DNA of 63,914 nucleotides, filler included, from Octopus bimaculoides (taxonomy: Eukaryota), in the NCBI RefSeq assembly GCF_001194135.2. It is 5 parts of 5 records of this genome, joined end to end, with 100 filler letters (N's around TTAATTAATTAA, not from the genome) between each part and the next. Parts side by side here need not be neighbours in the genome. Positions count along the whole stretch, not along the records: positions 48,202 to 62,810 come from NC_068982.1; positions 62,911 to 63,914 come from NW_026381047.1; 3 more parts are not named here. The stretch is one strand, 5' to 3'. Below, piece after piece: positions 51,905 to 63,914 of this stretch (the first letter of the stretch is position 1; every line of letters starts with the position of its first letter). Both the position numbers and the translations under genes were made by a program. The notes below the pieces were generated by a model that saw only the letters and a program-made list of their open reading frames with translations, did not search any database and was not told where the DNA came from.

Positions 51905-52930
51905 NNNNNNNNNNNNNNNNNNNNNNNNNNNNNNNNNNNNNNNNNNNNNNNNNNNTATACGTACGTGTGCATATGTGTCTGTGTGCATGTATGTATATCT
52001 GTTTCTCTCTCTCTCTCTCTCTCGATATATATACATATATATATATATATACATACATACATACATACACATTATATACATATATGCAATGGTATATTGC
52101 ATGAGCTTCGTATTCTACTCAGAAAGTATTTATCAACTCAAAGCTGTTACAATAGAATACAATTTGTCTAGATGCTGTGTAGTGAAATCGAACCTGGAGC
52201 AACGTGGTCGTGAATCGAAGTTAAAGACACGGCTATGTCAGAACCTATTATTAAAGAAAATTACAAAATGGTTCATCAAATTGCCAAACAAATTAGAGTA
52301 GGTATACTTAAAGAACTTCATTTCATTTCCTATATATAACTTAAAATTGATTTCCTTTGACTACACAGAATGAAAATTTTTGTAGAAGAAAAAGTTGTGA
52401 ATTAAATTGATATTGCAGTAACTTATTTTGCAGAAGCCAGTGTTGATGAATGGCACAATTAACTGAAGTTCAGTTGGGATACAGAGAGATTAAACTGAAT
52501 ATAATAAAACATTTACTCGGTGTACTACTCTGTCTGCCATCACCACCACCACCAGCAGCAGCTTTTCCTAGTGGACAGTTAAAAATAGAATTATTGTAAA
52601 TATTCATTTACTTTGTTTGAAAAGTCTACTCTATGCCTCAAGCATTTTCTAAAAACCAATAATAGTGTTTCATATTGTGTAATATGATAAATACATGTCA
52701 AAATATTGGATCCACTCCTATAAGAAATTGTTTAGTTGATATGATTGGTCACTTCTCATTCGCAATATCTTTTTATTTTATTTTATTTCCAAGAGAAAGA
52801 AAAAAAGGTTTTATCTTCTCTGGTACAGCTGCTGTTAAAGAGATAAAAATAGATGTTATTCTACGAACATGTGAAAATTAAGTGCAAAGACCCAGACTTC
52901 CGCAAAATGAATATAATAATAATCCTTTCT

Positions 52931-53132
52931 CCTATTGGCACAAGGTTCGAAATTCTGGGGAAGGGAGGTAATCGATTACATCGACCGCAGTGCGTAACTG
53001 GGGATTATTTCATCGACCCCGAATGGATGAAAGGAAAAGTCAACCTCGACGGAATTTGAACCCAGAACGTAAAGGCGGAAGAAATGCCGCCAAGCATTTT
53101 GCCCGGCATGCTAACGATTCTGCCAGTTCGCC
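52931..53132 (-). mobile_element. SINE family C, best copy
   Basis: Minus strand GGCGAACTGGCAGAATCGTTAGC...GGGTTCAAATTCC...CTTTCATCCATTCGGGGTCGATG...GTCGATGTAATCGA. Confidence 0.85.
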
Positions 53133-53682
53133 TCTGCGTAATCCCCACAACATTTTAATCTGTAAATATTGTCAAAAGTACTTTTAAGTGTACATAATAG
53201 TAAACACCTTTCACTGACATCATAAAATCACATTGTCATGTTATAATCAAATTACTTTTAACACAAACTCCTAATTTTCTTATGTTTTGACAGACATTCT
53301 CTAGAACAATACTTTGTGCATAAACAAAAATATGACACCCTAGTCATAACACCAACTTGAACTTCTAACTTGTCTCTTGAGGTCTCTGAGTGAACTTGTA
53401 CAAATATAAAGCAAAAGCCAAATATATAATATGATAATAATAATGATGATGACGATGATTACAATAATAAAAATTTCTAATTTAGGTATAAGGCCAGAAA
53501 TATGGATTGAAAGTAACAGGCGATTTATCATCGAAGTCAACATTGCAATCCACGATTAATAAAAAAAAAAGATGACCTTCACGAAATTTGTATTCAAGCA
53601 ATAGAGAACCGTATTATTTTATTCTATGCTCTACCGATTCTGCTAATGTACATGTATGGGAATGGGGGCGGGGAGCAAATGA

Positions 53683-53990
53683 ACAGTTGAGTCAAAGAAA
53701 AACATACAAGTTGCAACAAAACAGCCTAGCATTCAAAGTAAATGTCGTAGTGTTGCACCGTCTGAAGCCAGCTTTCAGCCAGTTCTTTGGTCCCACGCTG
53801 ATACCAGTTTTTTTCCTTCGAGGTGAAGAACTCCTTCACAGAAGCTTCCACCTCTTCTTGGTTGATTAGCGTCGCGAGTGCAGGAAGTGAGCCATTGAAC
53901 AGAACAAATCATAATATGAGCGAGCTAGGTCCGGAACTGGCAGAAAGGTGACTTCAGACGATAGTACAATATGGTGGCCTCTACTTTGAA
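53683..53990 (-). mobile_element. Mariner 3' fragment
   Basis: SSGPSS..YDLFCSMAHFL...NQEEVEASVKEFFTSKEKNWYQRGTKELAESWLQTVQHYDIYFEC*. Confidence 0.8.
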
Positions 53991-56900
53991 TGCTGGGCTG
54001 CTTCTATTCTAACTTGACGAATAAAGCAAATAATTACCAAAATATTGCAAAACGTTTGATTCAGCACAATGAAATGGAATGAACTACGATTCTACGTTTG
54101 ATATACTACATTGACAAGTTAGTAGATTAGTCTTATCAGAAATCTTTTCATGTACGGTTTCAAATTATGTGTTGCGTATGGTCTCCTCGATATTGTCAAA
54201 ATGTTTTTCATGGATAATAAGATGCCCTTTAGGAAACAAATGAACGGCACAGACTGACCAGTTGAACAGATGATTAGGAACCCCAATGTGTGAGATAATA
54301 GAAAAGATACACAATTTCGTGATAAATACTGTGGCATAGATGGAAGTAAACCTGTTTTTGGACACTGTCCGAACAAGAATTCTAAAGAATTAATATTTTG
54401 ACTGCCAGGGAATCTTTTAAAACACGTCTAAATAGTAAGAATATTACCATTGCGAAGAACACATTCATAATGCCAACTATATAACATATGGACGAGTAGA
54501 AGTGGAGTAGAGCCTGTCTGACCTAGACTTTAATACGAGATATATAAAAAAAAAAAACATCACATACTACATAATGTGATCCCAATGAACGCATATCCTT
54601 AGAAAAAAAATGGTAATTTGGAATTACAAAGTGCCAGGAGCAATATAAGAAGGTAGTTATTAATGTTGCCCACAACTTTTTCATCCAAGAAGAAGGCCTG
54701 CTGCGCTGTCTTGTTGAATATGATAAAAAATAAATAAAATGAGCGTAACAAATTGATTATATCTGTAGTAAAATAATTCTTATCAGAAATTACATTAGAT
54801 TTCTGACAGCTAAATTCTAAAACTAAAGCAGCAGCAGCAGTAGAAACACACACAGTAATGGCATACAAAAAATACTTGGTGAACACTAATAATGGTATGC
54901 TTTTATATATTCACTCTTTTCATGGGTTGAACACTTTATATATAAATGTATGATTTTCATTGGCATGGATGCTTATATTCCGACTGTGTGCTGCAGTAGA
55001 AGCAACAATTGTTGTGATACACAAACAGGTCATCACTACAAGTTATATTGAAAATATTCTTACAGTATAAATAGCAAAGGCTGTCAACGTTATGTATTTT
55101 CTGCAACAACACACAATCATATTTCATAATGTCCCTCACTAACTCCCGCAACGTATAATTGAAGACACAATAAGATAGCTAGGCTGTACTGATGGTGAGA
55201 CCTCAACTAGTTCTTAACAGGTAGACTTAAACCGGTATAGAAAAGCAGGTGACAATATGCTAAGAATTTCACTTTTTGGGTTCATAAATGAAATACAAGT
55301 GAAGAGCACTGAACTGATGCGATTGTTGGGGCGTCGGATGCTGTTGGAATGGAAATGCCTTGCAGTATTTGTTCTGGGTCTTTGCATTCTGAATTCAATT
55401 CCACAAAAAGTGCCTATGCTAGAGAAATCATACAATTGGCCACCTTGTACTGATAAGCCTACTACCAGCAGAAATAAGCTGGTAATAGCATGTTGAGACT
55501 TTCATCCAGTAGTTGATCATCAATGGCTAAATTGATAATACTCATATTAACGTTGATGTTCAAATTTCAATGTAAAAACAGCATGGAACTGTTTATATGC
55601 TAACAAACAGACCATCAAATAGTACAGTAAAAGCCCGACATTATTTTGGCAAGTCAGAAATGACAGTAGCAAACTAATAATTGACATAACGATACCAAAT
55701 GCCGATGATATTGTATACAAGCGAACTGAAACGTGAAGTAATGCATGTAATTAACTGATGAATTTAAAACAATATAGCTGCTAAAGAATATGAATGTCAC
55801 CATTTAATTTGTAATCAACACGATTTCAGAAATACAGTTCTGTATGGATATTGAGGAATTAGTCATTGAGATAAACACTTATACAGTACATTCCAAAACA
55901 TAGCACTGGTAGGATATTAAATATTGTGAGGGCACACTCATGTAACATTTTGTTAACCTGTAAAATGTTTGCTAGCCTTAAAAGTTTTTGTTAATCTCCA
56001 ACATCTTTTACTAATTTGGAACAGCTTCCTTGGCCTTAGAAATCATAGGCAACTTTGAATATTTCTAAACATGTTCTCTAAGAAAACAAAAAACAACCGA
56101 TAGAGATAATATAATATTATTAGAAATATATGAAGAAATATATGAAGACTCCTATGTTTTACATGTAGGAGTATGCTAAAAACGAACTCGGAGGCATAAA
56201 ACATATCGTCTTCAATATGGTAAGATGGTAAATTTAATAACGGAAATATTTGTTAAAATATTTTAAATGATGTTTTGCAAAGGTTCTTATTGAAATAATT
56301 TATTTTATTTAATTCGATCCTTTAATAAACCAGGGTGGTTTTGGTTTCATTGCTAATTTTCGTTTTCCACAGCTTTAAATAGATGAGAAGAAATTTCATT
56401 CTTCAGCCAATGGTTCTCTGAAATTGTCTTTTCACGGCCCACTGTCAGAACTACGTCACCTCAAAATAAAATACCTACACATGAAATGAAACATTTTTGA
56501 AGTTAAACAGAATTCATGCTCCACACTTTAATATATCTTATCTACACAGAAGTTACGCTGCTATTAAGGTTAATTATGTATGTCGAAAATATCATACGAA
56601 AGAAATTGACAATATCATCAAGATAGAATTTAATTATTTAGCACTAACTGAAAATTTTAACTAGATTATTGTATTCTGATTAATGCATTTAATTTCTCTT
56701 TGAGAACATTAAACACGCAAACTATAATTGAGAAAATTAAATCCAAAACTTTAAAATATTTCTTTGTGTAGTATGTTGTCATATAAGAAAGTCTAGACTC
56801 AAAGACTCTCAGTTACTACGCTTGTATTTTGACTATAATGGTAAAGTAGTGAAGTTTAAAAGTTTTACTGCAAAAGGAAATAATTTAATCTTCTTAAGTT

Positions 56901-58650
56901 TTTGAATATTTTTACTCAGTTTCTATAGAAATGTTATGACCTGAACGATTGGCACAACTAAAGAATAAACTAACAAAGTTATATTGCATTCTAAAAGTAT
57001 TTCAGACTAACCTTTTCAAAGATCTTACTAAATCAGATTTAGAATGAAGTATGGGAATCTGTTCTTTACTGAAGGCGATTGTTCGAAACTCAGTTAAGTG
57101 CCAGTAGTGAAGTAAATTTAAAAATACATTCATCTCATTTCCTCTTGATTCGAATAAAACAATATGTCAACTGCCTAAACCAACTAAAAATGTAATAGCT
57201 ATTTGTTTATATTTTCAGTTCTGGCCCAAAGAGATTTATTCTTTTTGACATTCTTGAATCATTTCAATGTTTAATAAACGCAAGGAGCAGACGATAACTT
57301 GGAATAACAGATAAAAACTCCATATTTGTCAAAGTATCAGAGTATTATCTTGTGATTGTTTCTGATTGCTTTCATCAATCATGCTGCATGCGAGCCATTT
57401 TCTTCTTCCCTTTTTCTTCACTTACTACTTCCCAATCCCTCACTTTCTCATTCGTCTTTTCTTTTCACCTAAGAACATACTTCTTCACTCTAGACTTACA
57501 TATTTATCGGTTGAGATAAAAAAGTTTCTCCGTCCTCGTACAGCCACAGGAATTACATCTATTTCCTTCGCTTTATTTTTATGTTTATAACGATGCATCA
57601 GATCTTGAAGGTATTTTAGTCACCCCTATCCACCATCAAACGCGTAAACACACATAAACAGACACATACACATACAGGCACACAAACACACACATACATA
57701 TACATACCCAACTCACATGTATTCTCTGTCTCCTTAAGAGAATTTCACATGCGTTACCATGGGCCAAATGAGCTCATTTATCATGTCTCCTTTTTTAAGT
57801 AAGTTTGCTTACTAGATAGTATGCCTATTTCGAAGTTTTGACCCGAAAAGGGGTCAACTCGTAGATGGGGTTCTAAATCTTTCGGTTGAGGTAAAGTGTA
57901 AAAGCGATATAAATATATAACATACAGAAGGACACACACGCATAAGGTATATGTATGTGTATGTGTGTACATGCATACACAGACACACATATACACACNN
58001 NNNNNNNNNNNNNNNNNNNNNNNNNNNNNNNNNNNNNNNNNNNNNNNNNNNNNNNNNNNNNNNNNNNNNNNNNNNNNNNNNNNNNNNNNNNNNNNNNNNN
58101 NNNNNNNNNNNNNNNNNNNNNNNNNNNNNNNNNNNNNNNNNNNNNNNNNNNNNNNNNNNNNNNNNNNNNNNNNNNNNNNNNNNNNNNNNNNNNNNNNNNN
58201 NNNNNNNNNNNNNNNNNNNNNNNNNNNNNNNNNNNNNNNNNNNNNNNNNNNNNNNNNNNNNNNNNNNNNNNNNNNNNNNNNNNNNNNNNNNNNNNNNNNN
58301 NNNNNNNNNNNNNNNNNNNNNNNNNNNNNNNNNNNNNNNNNNNNNNNNNNNNNNNNNNNNNNNNNNNNNNNNNNNNNNNNNNNNNNNNNNNNNNNNNNNN
58401 NNNNNNNNNNNNNNNNNNNNNNNNNNNNNNNNNNNNNNNNNNNNNNNNNNNNNNNNNNNNNNNNNNNNNNNNNNNNNNNNNNNNNNNNNNNNNNNNNNNN
58501 NNNNNNNNNNNNNNNNNNNNNNNNNNNNNNNNNNNNNNNNNNNNNNNNNNNNNNNNNNNNNNNNNNNNNNNNNNNNNNNNNNNNNNNNNNNNNNNNNNNN
58601 NNNNNNNNNNNNNNNNNNNNNNNNNNNNNNNNNNNNNNNNNNNNNNNNNN

Positions 58651-58920
58651 GATGGATGGATAAATAAATTGATAGATAGATGGATGGATAAATAAATAGA
58701 TGGATAGATTGATAAATAGATAGATAGACAGACAGATAGGTAGATAGATAGATAGATAGATAAACAGACAGATAGATAGACAGATGGACAGACAGATGAT
58801 TTAATAGATAAATTGATACAGAAAGAGAGAGAGAGACAGAGAGACAGAGAGGGAAAGATAGATAAAGTTAGATATATGTAGAGAGAGGGAGAGGGTGAAG
58901 GAGAGGGAGAAAGGGAATGA
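58651..58920. repeat. (GATA/GATG/GACA)n and (GA)n microsatellites
   Basis: Direct inspection. Confidence 0.9.
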
Positions 58921-59629
58921 GAAGTTAGTGAAAGATATAACGAAGAATTCATGAGTACAGGAATTGTTCTCGCGGGAGCTTCTGAAATCTTCCATTATTT
59001 TCATAAATATACTATCAAATGCATCTCGATCAATGTATGCGATAAGATATGTTACCATTGATCTGTATGCATTGACACACTGAAAAGAAAGATGGGGGAA
59101 AATGTCAAAAGAAGACGAGAGTGAATATAGGACAGAAAAAATATATATACTGTATATATAATCATGCATAAATGTATGAAGTTATAGGAGTTGAACATGT
59201 AGAATGTTGGATAGCATTTAGAGAAATATATGAGAGGTTTGTAGGACATGAAACGTTTAGACAATAGACAAACGACACATAAATGTAGTTACTGGTGTTG
59301 TCGTGTAGCTAAACAATTTATTTATTTATTTATTTATATGTCATAATTTTTGAAGAGTAGCGTCGTTGGTTACAGGTTTTCAAGAGGCCAGTAACTAGTT
59401 CACTGCATATCTGACATCTAGAGTAACAACAATAGGGTGAGAAACACCAAGAGACTTCGTTCTTAAAGTACAAATTTATATATATTTTTCGTGGGTGGTT
59501 CTCATTCATGTTTATATATTCTATCCGCCAGTATAAACCTGCGAAGTATGCACACACTTACTCACCCACACACATAACAACACAAACCCGTGTGAAAGTA
59601 TGCATGTATATATGTATGGAGAAACATAG

Positions 59630-59672
<43 letters not shown>

Positions 59673-60019
59673 CAGAGAGAGAATGGGAATGAGAGACGAC
59701 CGAATTTTGCTGTCTCCGTTTACGCTATTCCATTGTTCTTCTTCTGGTCAAGTCAAAGCTACGCTAAAAAAGGCACAGGCCAAGGTACAGCACAGAAAGA
59801 TCAAACCTGGACTTATGACGTCACGTAGCGTACCTTTTAAAAACACATAATTTCTACATGCAATAAACTTCACACAGCCGAAAGGCTACTAATTTACAGA
59901 AATGGCACATATATCTATATAGATGTCTTCTCTCTCCTATATACAAATGCACTCACACATTCACACATTCACATACTCGCATTCACATACGCGCGCAAGC
60001 AGACACAAACATATTTTAT

Positions 60020-61975
60020 GAACAGTCTTCATGAAACTGTTCCCCACTCATGGATGTTAGAAGCCCTTCAACTTGCAAAAGTTCTAGTGAGAATAGTCAA
60101 AGCCAAAGCTGACCTGACTTCATCGTAGGCCACCATATCAAAATTAAACACAATGAGTGACTGTATTATCACCGATAGAGTACAATATCGCAAAGGCATA
60201 TTCCAAAGAGACAGCCTCTATGTGATGTTGTTTATACTTTCTGTAAACCCCTTGTCATCCATGTTAAGGAAATCTGAAGGGTATCTCACAGGTTCACAAG
60301 GAAACCGAAATATCAAAATTACATACTGTTTCTTTGTGGATGAAAAAGAGCTTTCACCTAGTTATAGCATTCTCAAAGATGTAAGGTTGGTGTTTGGTCA
60401 GGATAAATGTTGTTATATGGTTGTGAAAATGGGGAAAATTGTAAACCAAAGTAGCAACATCTTCATCAACGACTTGACTGTTTCCCCTATATCTGACGAG
60501 GAATTTTACACGTATCTAGTGGGGGATGAAAACATATCTTACAATGGCACCTGTAACAAAACACGTGTCACTAAAGAATATTACAGCTGAATAAAGAAAA
60601 TTTGGCCCTCAGAACTCTGCATTCAATAAAACAGTGGCACACAATGTGCTTGCATTGCCAGTACTCAGACCAATATTTGGACTGCTTGATTGGATGCTTG
60701 ATGAAATCCGAACCATTGATGTGAAAACCCCAAAAATGCTAACAGGCACACATAATTTCCACATAAACAGTGACGTAGACCGCCTCCAACTAAAACGAAA
60801 ACAAGGCGGCAGAGGCCTAACATCGATACAAAATGCTTTTGAATGTCACATCATATCCCTTCGGCAACATCTTTTAACCATCAAGTTTGCATACATGTGG
60901 CTGATAACATCATAAGACTTGGAAGGCAGATCNNNNNNNNNNTTTGCATACATGTGGCTGATAACATCATAAGACTTGGAAGGCAGATCTTTGAGCAACA
61001 CTCTTTGATAACCTAGAATACATGCCCAAAGAAGTTGCACGACTCAACCCCAACGTGTCATCAGATGAAAGGGTGAGCCTATATGAGCAGAAGGCTATGC
61101 ATGGATATGTTAGTAGAAAGCTCCGAGATGATAGTAACATCGATCATCAAAGCAGTTTATCATGGACCAATAGCTGGATTACTACCTCCCACGTTGAAGG
61201 GTATCCGTTTGCAATCCAGGAACAAGAAATATCAACCAGTTACCTCATGCACGAAAGGGATAGAGGTGCAGGAAAAACTGTAAAATGTGACAACCGATGC
61301 AGACTTTGTGGAGTTCACACTGAAGATAACACGTACATCATAAGCAGTTGTCCTAAAATACTATCACGGTATTATCTACCGATGAGACATGACGTTTTAG
61401 CTAGGACACTCTATAACAAAATCCATCGGAAGGATAATCTCGAGGACAAAGAAATAAGAACTCACAATATGGTAGAAGTCCCAGTCAAGACCTCAATAAA
61501 ATGTAAGCACAACAGACTTGATATGATGATTTGAGATAGAGAAGAGAGCCTGTGCACATTGTGGAAATTAACTGTCGGGGGGGGGGTGATAACAAAACTG
61601 AAGATCAGTGAAAAACAGAACACCTATGCTGAACTTTTGAGAAATTAGGCTTCTCAAAACCAGAAAGGAAAAAGCTAATTCATAGACTACAGATCAAATC
61701 CATCACTGAAACTGTAAAGAATCTGCAAAACTTTCCAGAAGTTTATCATTTAAATATATATGAGCATGTCTAGATAGGTAACTATGTGCATGAGAATACA
61801 TACATAAAACATACAAATCTTCACATACATACATACATACATACATATATACATACATACATACAAAAATGCCCTGTTGATGTTGAAATTCGAATGAAGG
61901 AAGCTTGGATTTATGTTAAAAACCGGTTCTTTCTCTATTGGCAAGAAATCTTAAAATAAACTGGATAATGACATA
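60020..61975 (+). mobile_element. R4/Dong-clade non-LTR retrotransposon (RT + restriction-like endonuclease), 5'-truncated and decayed
   Basis: VPHSWMLEAL, KGIFQRDSL, RLQLKRKQGGRGL, AIQEQEI, CRLCG...E...IISSC, RHD, KHNRLDMMI, EKQNTYAEL. Confidence 0.85.
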
Positions 61976-62490
61976 CAGACACACACGCATATATTTGAAA
62001 TTATATAGATGACAAAGTAACAGGAATTTATGCAGTGAACTTCATTAGCTTGCAGCTGCTTCTCCTACGAGACAGTACACTCAGAACTAAGTGGCTGTGC
62101 ATCACCTTATAGCTTCCTCGGAGTTGAGTGCTGGTGCATCACATAGCTTCCTTGGAACTCCTAAAATGAAAAAGCAGTTCATTTTAGAAACTCTGACGAA
62201 GCTATAAGTACAAGCACTCAAATCTGAGTGCACTGCATCCTGTAACAGAAACAGCTGTAAGGTAATAAAGGTCATTGCATCCTTTCCTGTTACTTTGTCG
62301 TTTATTTAATTTCATATCATGTATTGTATTCAACTATCAGCTTTATTATGAAACATATGTAGATTGAGTTCTAACAGCAGGTTATTAGTATCGTGGTGAT
62401 ACCTAAGCGAAACATTAATATGTGTATGTGTGTGTGTGTACATGCATGCATACATATGCGTGTTTGTGTGTGTTTATACAGGTATATATA

Positions 62491-62810
62491 TTCATTTCAT
62501 TTTCATTTTATCTAGTTTCAGCTCATGAGCTGTGGCCATGCTGGGGCACCGCCATTTGGTGTTGCTACACAATTTTACTTCATGAATTTTACTTCAGGAA
62601 TTGACATTTGGTGCATGAGAGAGTTTGATGCAGCTGCTCTCATCTGCGCCTCCTGCCGTGAAGTTGGTTCATCTGGGACACCTGACAGGAAGAGGTCCAG
62701 CCTTGTCTTGAAGACACCTACATCCACCGCATGCAGGTCTCTCAGGTCCTTCGGGAGGATATTGAAGAGCTGTGGACCTTTGAAGCCCAGGCTATTGCAG
62801 TATCTTGTCC
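62491..62810 (-). mobile_element. CR1/L2-like LINE 3' end with an (AAATG)n tail
   Basis: TRYCNSLGFKGPQLFNILPKDLRDL...FKTRLDLFLSGVPDEP...RAAASNSL; paralogous to 737-1104. Confidence 0.85.
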
Positions 62811-62910
62811 NNNNNNNNNNNNNNNNNNNNNNNNNNNNNNNNNNNNNNNNNNNNTTAATTAATTAANNNNNNNNNNNNNNNNNNNNNNNNNNNNNNNNNN
62901 NNNNNNNNNN

Positions 62911-63155
62911 TTTATTCCGCAGTCTTCAAAATCATTTGGATGGAAAAAATATGAATTCTGAAGATGGAGGAGTATTTTTTGGCACGGACATTATGAATTT
63001 TGGAAAAGAAGCCTTGCAAGTCTACCAGATAAATGGAAAAGCATTGTAGAAAATGAAGGAGAGTATATTTTAGATTAAAAAAGAACTTTGTTTATCTTAA
63101 TTTTGAAAAATAAAAGAAGTATTTAGAAAACCACATTATTTATGGGATGACCTAA
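62911..63155 (+). mobile_element. Mariner 3' end with terminal inverted repeat
   Basis: FRSLQNHLDGK...FWKRSLASLPDKWKSIVENEGEYILD*; terminus TTATTTATGGGATGACCTAA|TA. Confidence 0.8.
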
Positions 63156-63167
63156 TATATGTGTGAA

Positions 63168-63199
63168 GGGGGTGGTTGTGTGGTAAGAAGCTTGCTTCC
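63168..63199 (+). mobile_element. SINE family A head, interrupted
   Basis: GTGGTTGTGTGGTAAGAAGCTTGCTTCC matches the family A head, then homology stops abruptly. Confidence 0.6.
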
Positions 63200-63791
63200 G
63201 GTATTGGAGAGTTAGTCTTCTTCGTACAGCAGACCAAGGTGGATGTGAGCCAATAGCGCTCCATCCAAAAAGGAAAAGAAAGAACAACAAAAGCAGAGAA
63301 TGGACGGCGACGTAGGACGAATTTGTTTTTCTTTGAGCTGGGAGTTATTTATTATAGTAATAATCTTTTGTTAATAAATTGCGCCCAGCTCTGGGACAAT
63401 TTCTCCTACACTCGGTGGTTGGTGTTTTGTGTTGCGTTGTGGCTTACGTTTGTAAGCGTGTATTGTGTCTTCCTTTTCTAAGGAAGTATTCGACTCTAGT
63501 TGAATTGTGTAAAACCAATTTATTCACTTCTAGTGAATATTTTTACTGCGTTGGGGGCGTATCTTGCCTCCAAGGATTTTGAATATTATCACCAATTTTT
63601 TGAAAATTGTGGAAGCTGTACTAGTCGCCGGATTCTAAATTCAAGTGGCCTGGAGTACCTGGTGGCCCGAATATCTTTGTTTGCCGTGTGAACTGCTTTT
63701 TCTCCTACCTATTTCTGACTTTATATTTTGTGAACTGTGTTTATTATTTTTTACTTCCTTTTTTTGTTGTGAACTTTCTACCCTTACGGAC

Positions 63792-63914
63792 ATGGCAATG
63801 AACAGTAAAGCCGCTGTCTTGGAGTGGGAATTATGCCCACCCAAGCAATGGCGAGTAGAGACGGAGAACAATAGAAAAAATAACACTGCTTTGGTGTGGG
63901 AAATTAACCCACCC
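63792..63914 (+). CDS. Partial ORF open to the window end (MAMNSKAAVLEWELCPPKQWRVETENNRKNNTALVWEINPP...), possibly a retroelement ORF1
   Basis: ATG in ACATGG context, 41 open codons, internal repeat WELCPP/WEINPP, preceded by ~590 bp of UTR-like sequence. Confidence 0.35.
   Translation, partial: MAMNSKAAVLEWELCPPKQWRVETENNRKNNTALVWEINPP

Noticed and set aside
59056-59079. Minus-strand strong acceptor with a 24-nt frame (CVNAYRSM)
   Set aside because: Mediocre donor, opposite strand to the other candidates, no homology recognised.
60887-60992. Duplicated ~45 bp on either side of a 10-N gap
   Set aside because: Assembly overlap artefact inside the R4/Dong relic.

Overview
AT-rich eukaryotic scaffold window, dense in microsatellites and N-gaps. 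The SINE/LINE/microsatellite make-up resembles an octopus (cephalopod) draft genome; this is inference. There is no complete, identifiable host gene, and most long ORFs in the track are artefacts of N-runs or simple repeats. Supportable content is mostly decayed mobile DNA: four tRNA-headed SINE families (labels A-D are mine), five mariner relics, a piggyBac-type MITE, RTE, CR1-like and R4/Dong LINE relics, a gypsy integrase fragment, a 3' LTR nested in a Penelope-like element, and a few candidate exons. Four 100-nt artificial spacers break true contiguity. The most unusual signals are: a tRNA-headed SINE ending in a hammerhead-ribozyme core (46613-46830, minus); a palindrome of two SINE heads (7229-7362); duplicated pseudo-exons (49575-51438); and an element with an open ORF that interrupts a SINE head at the window end.
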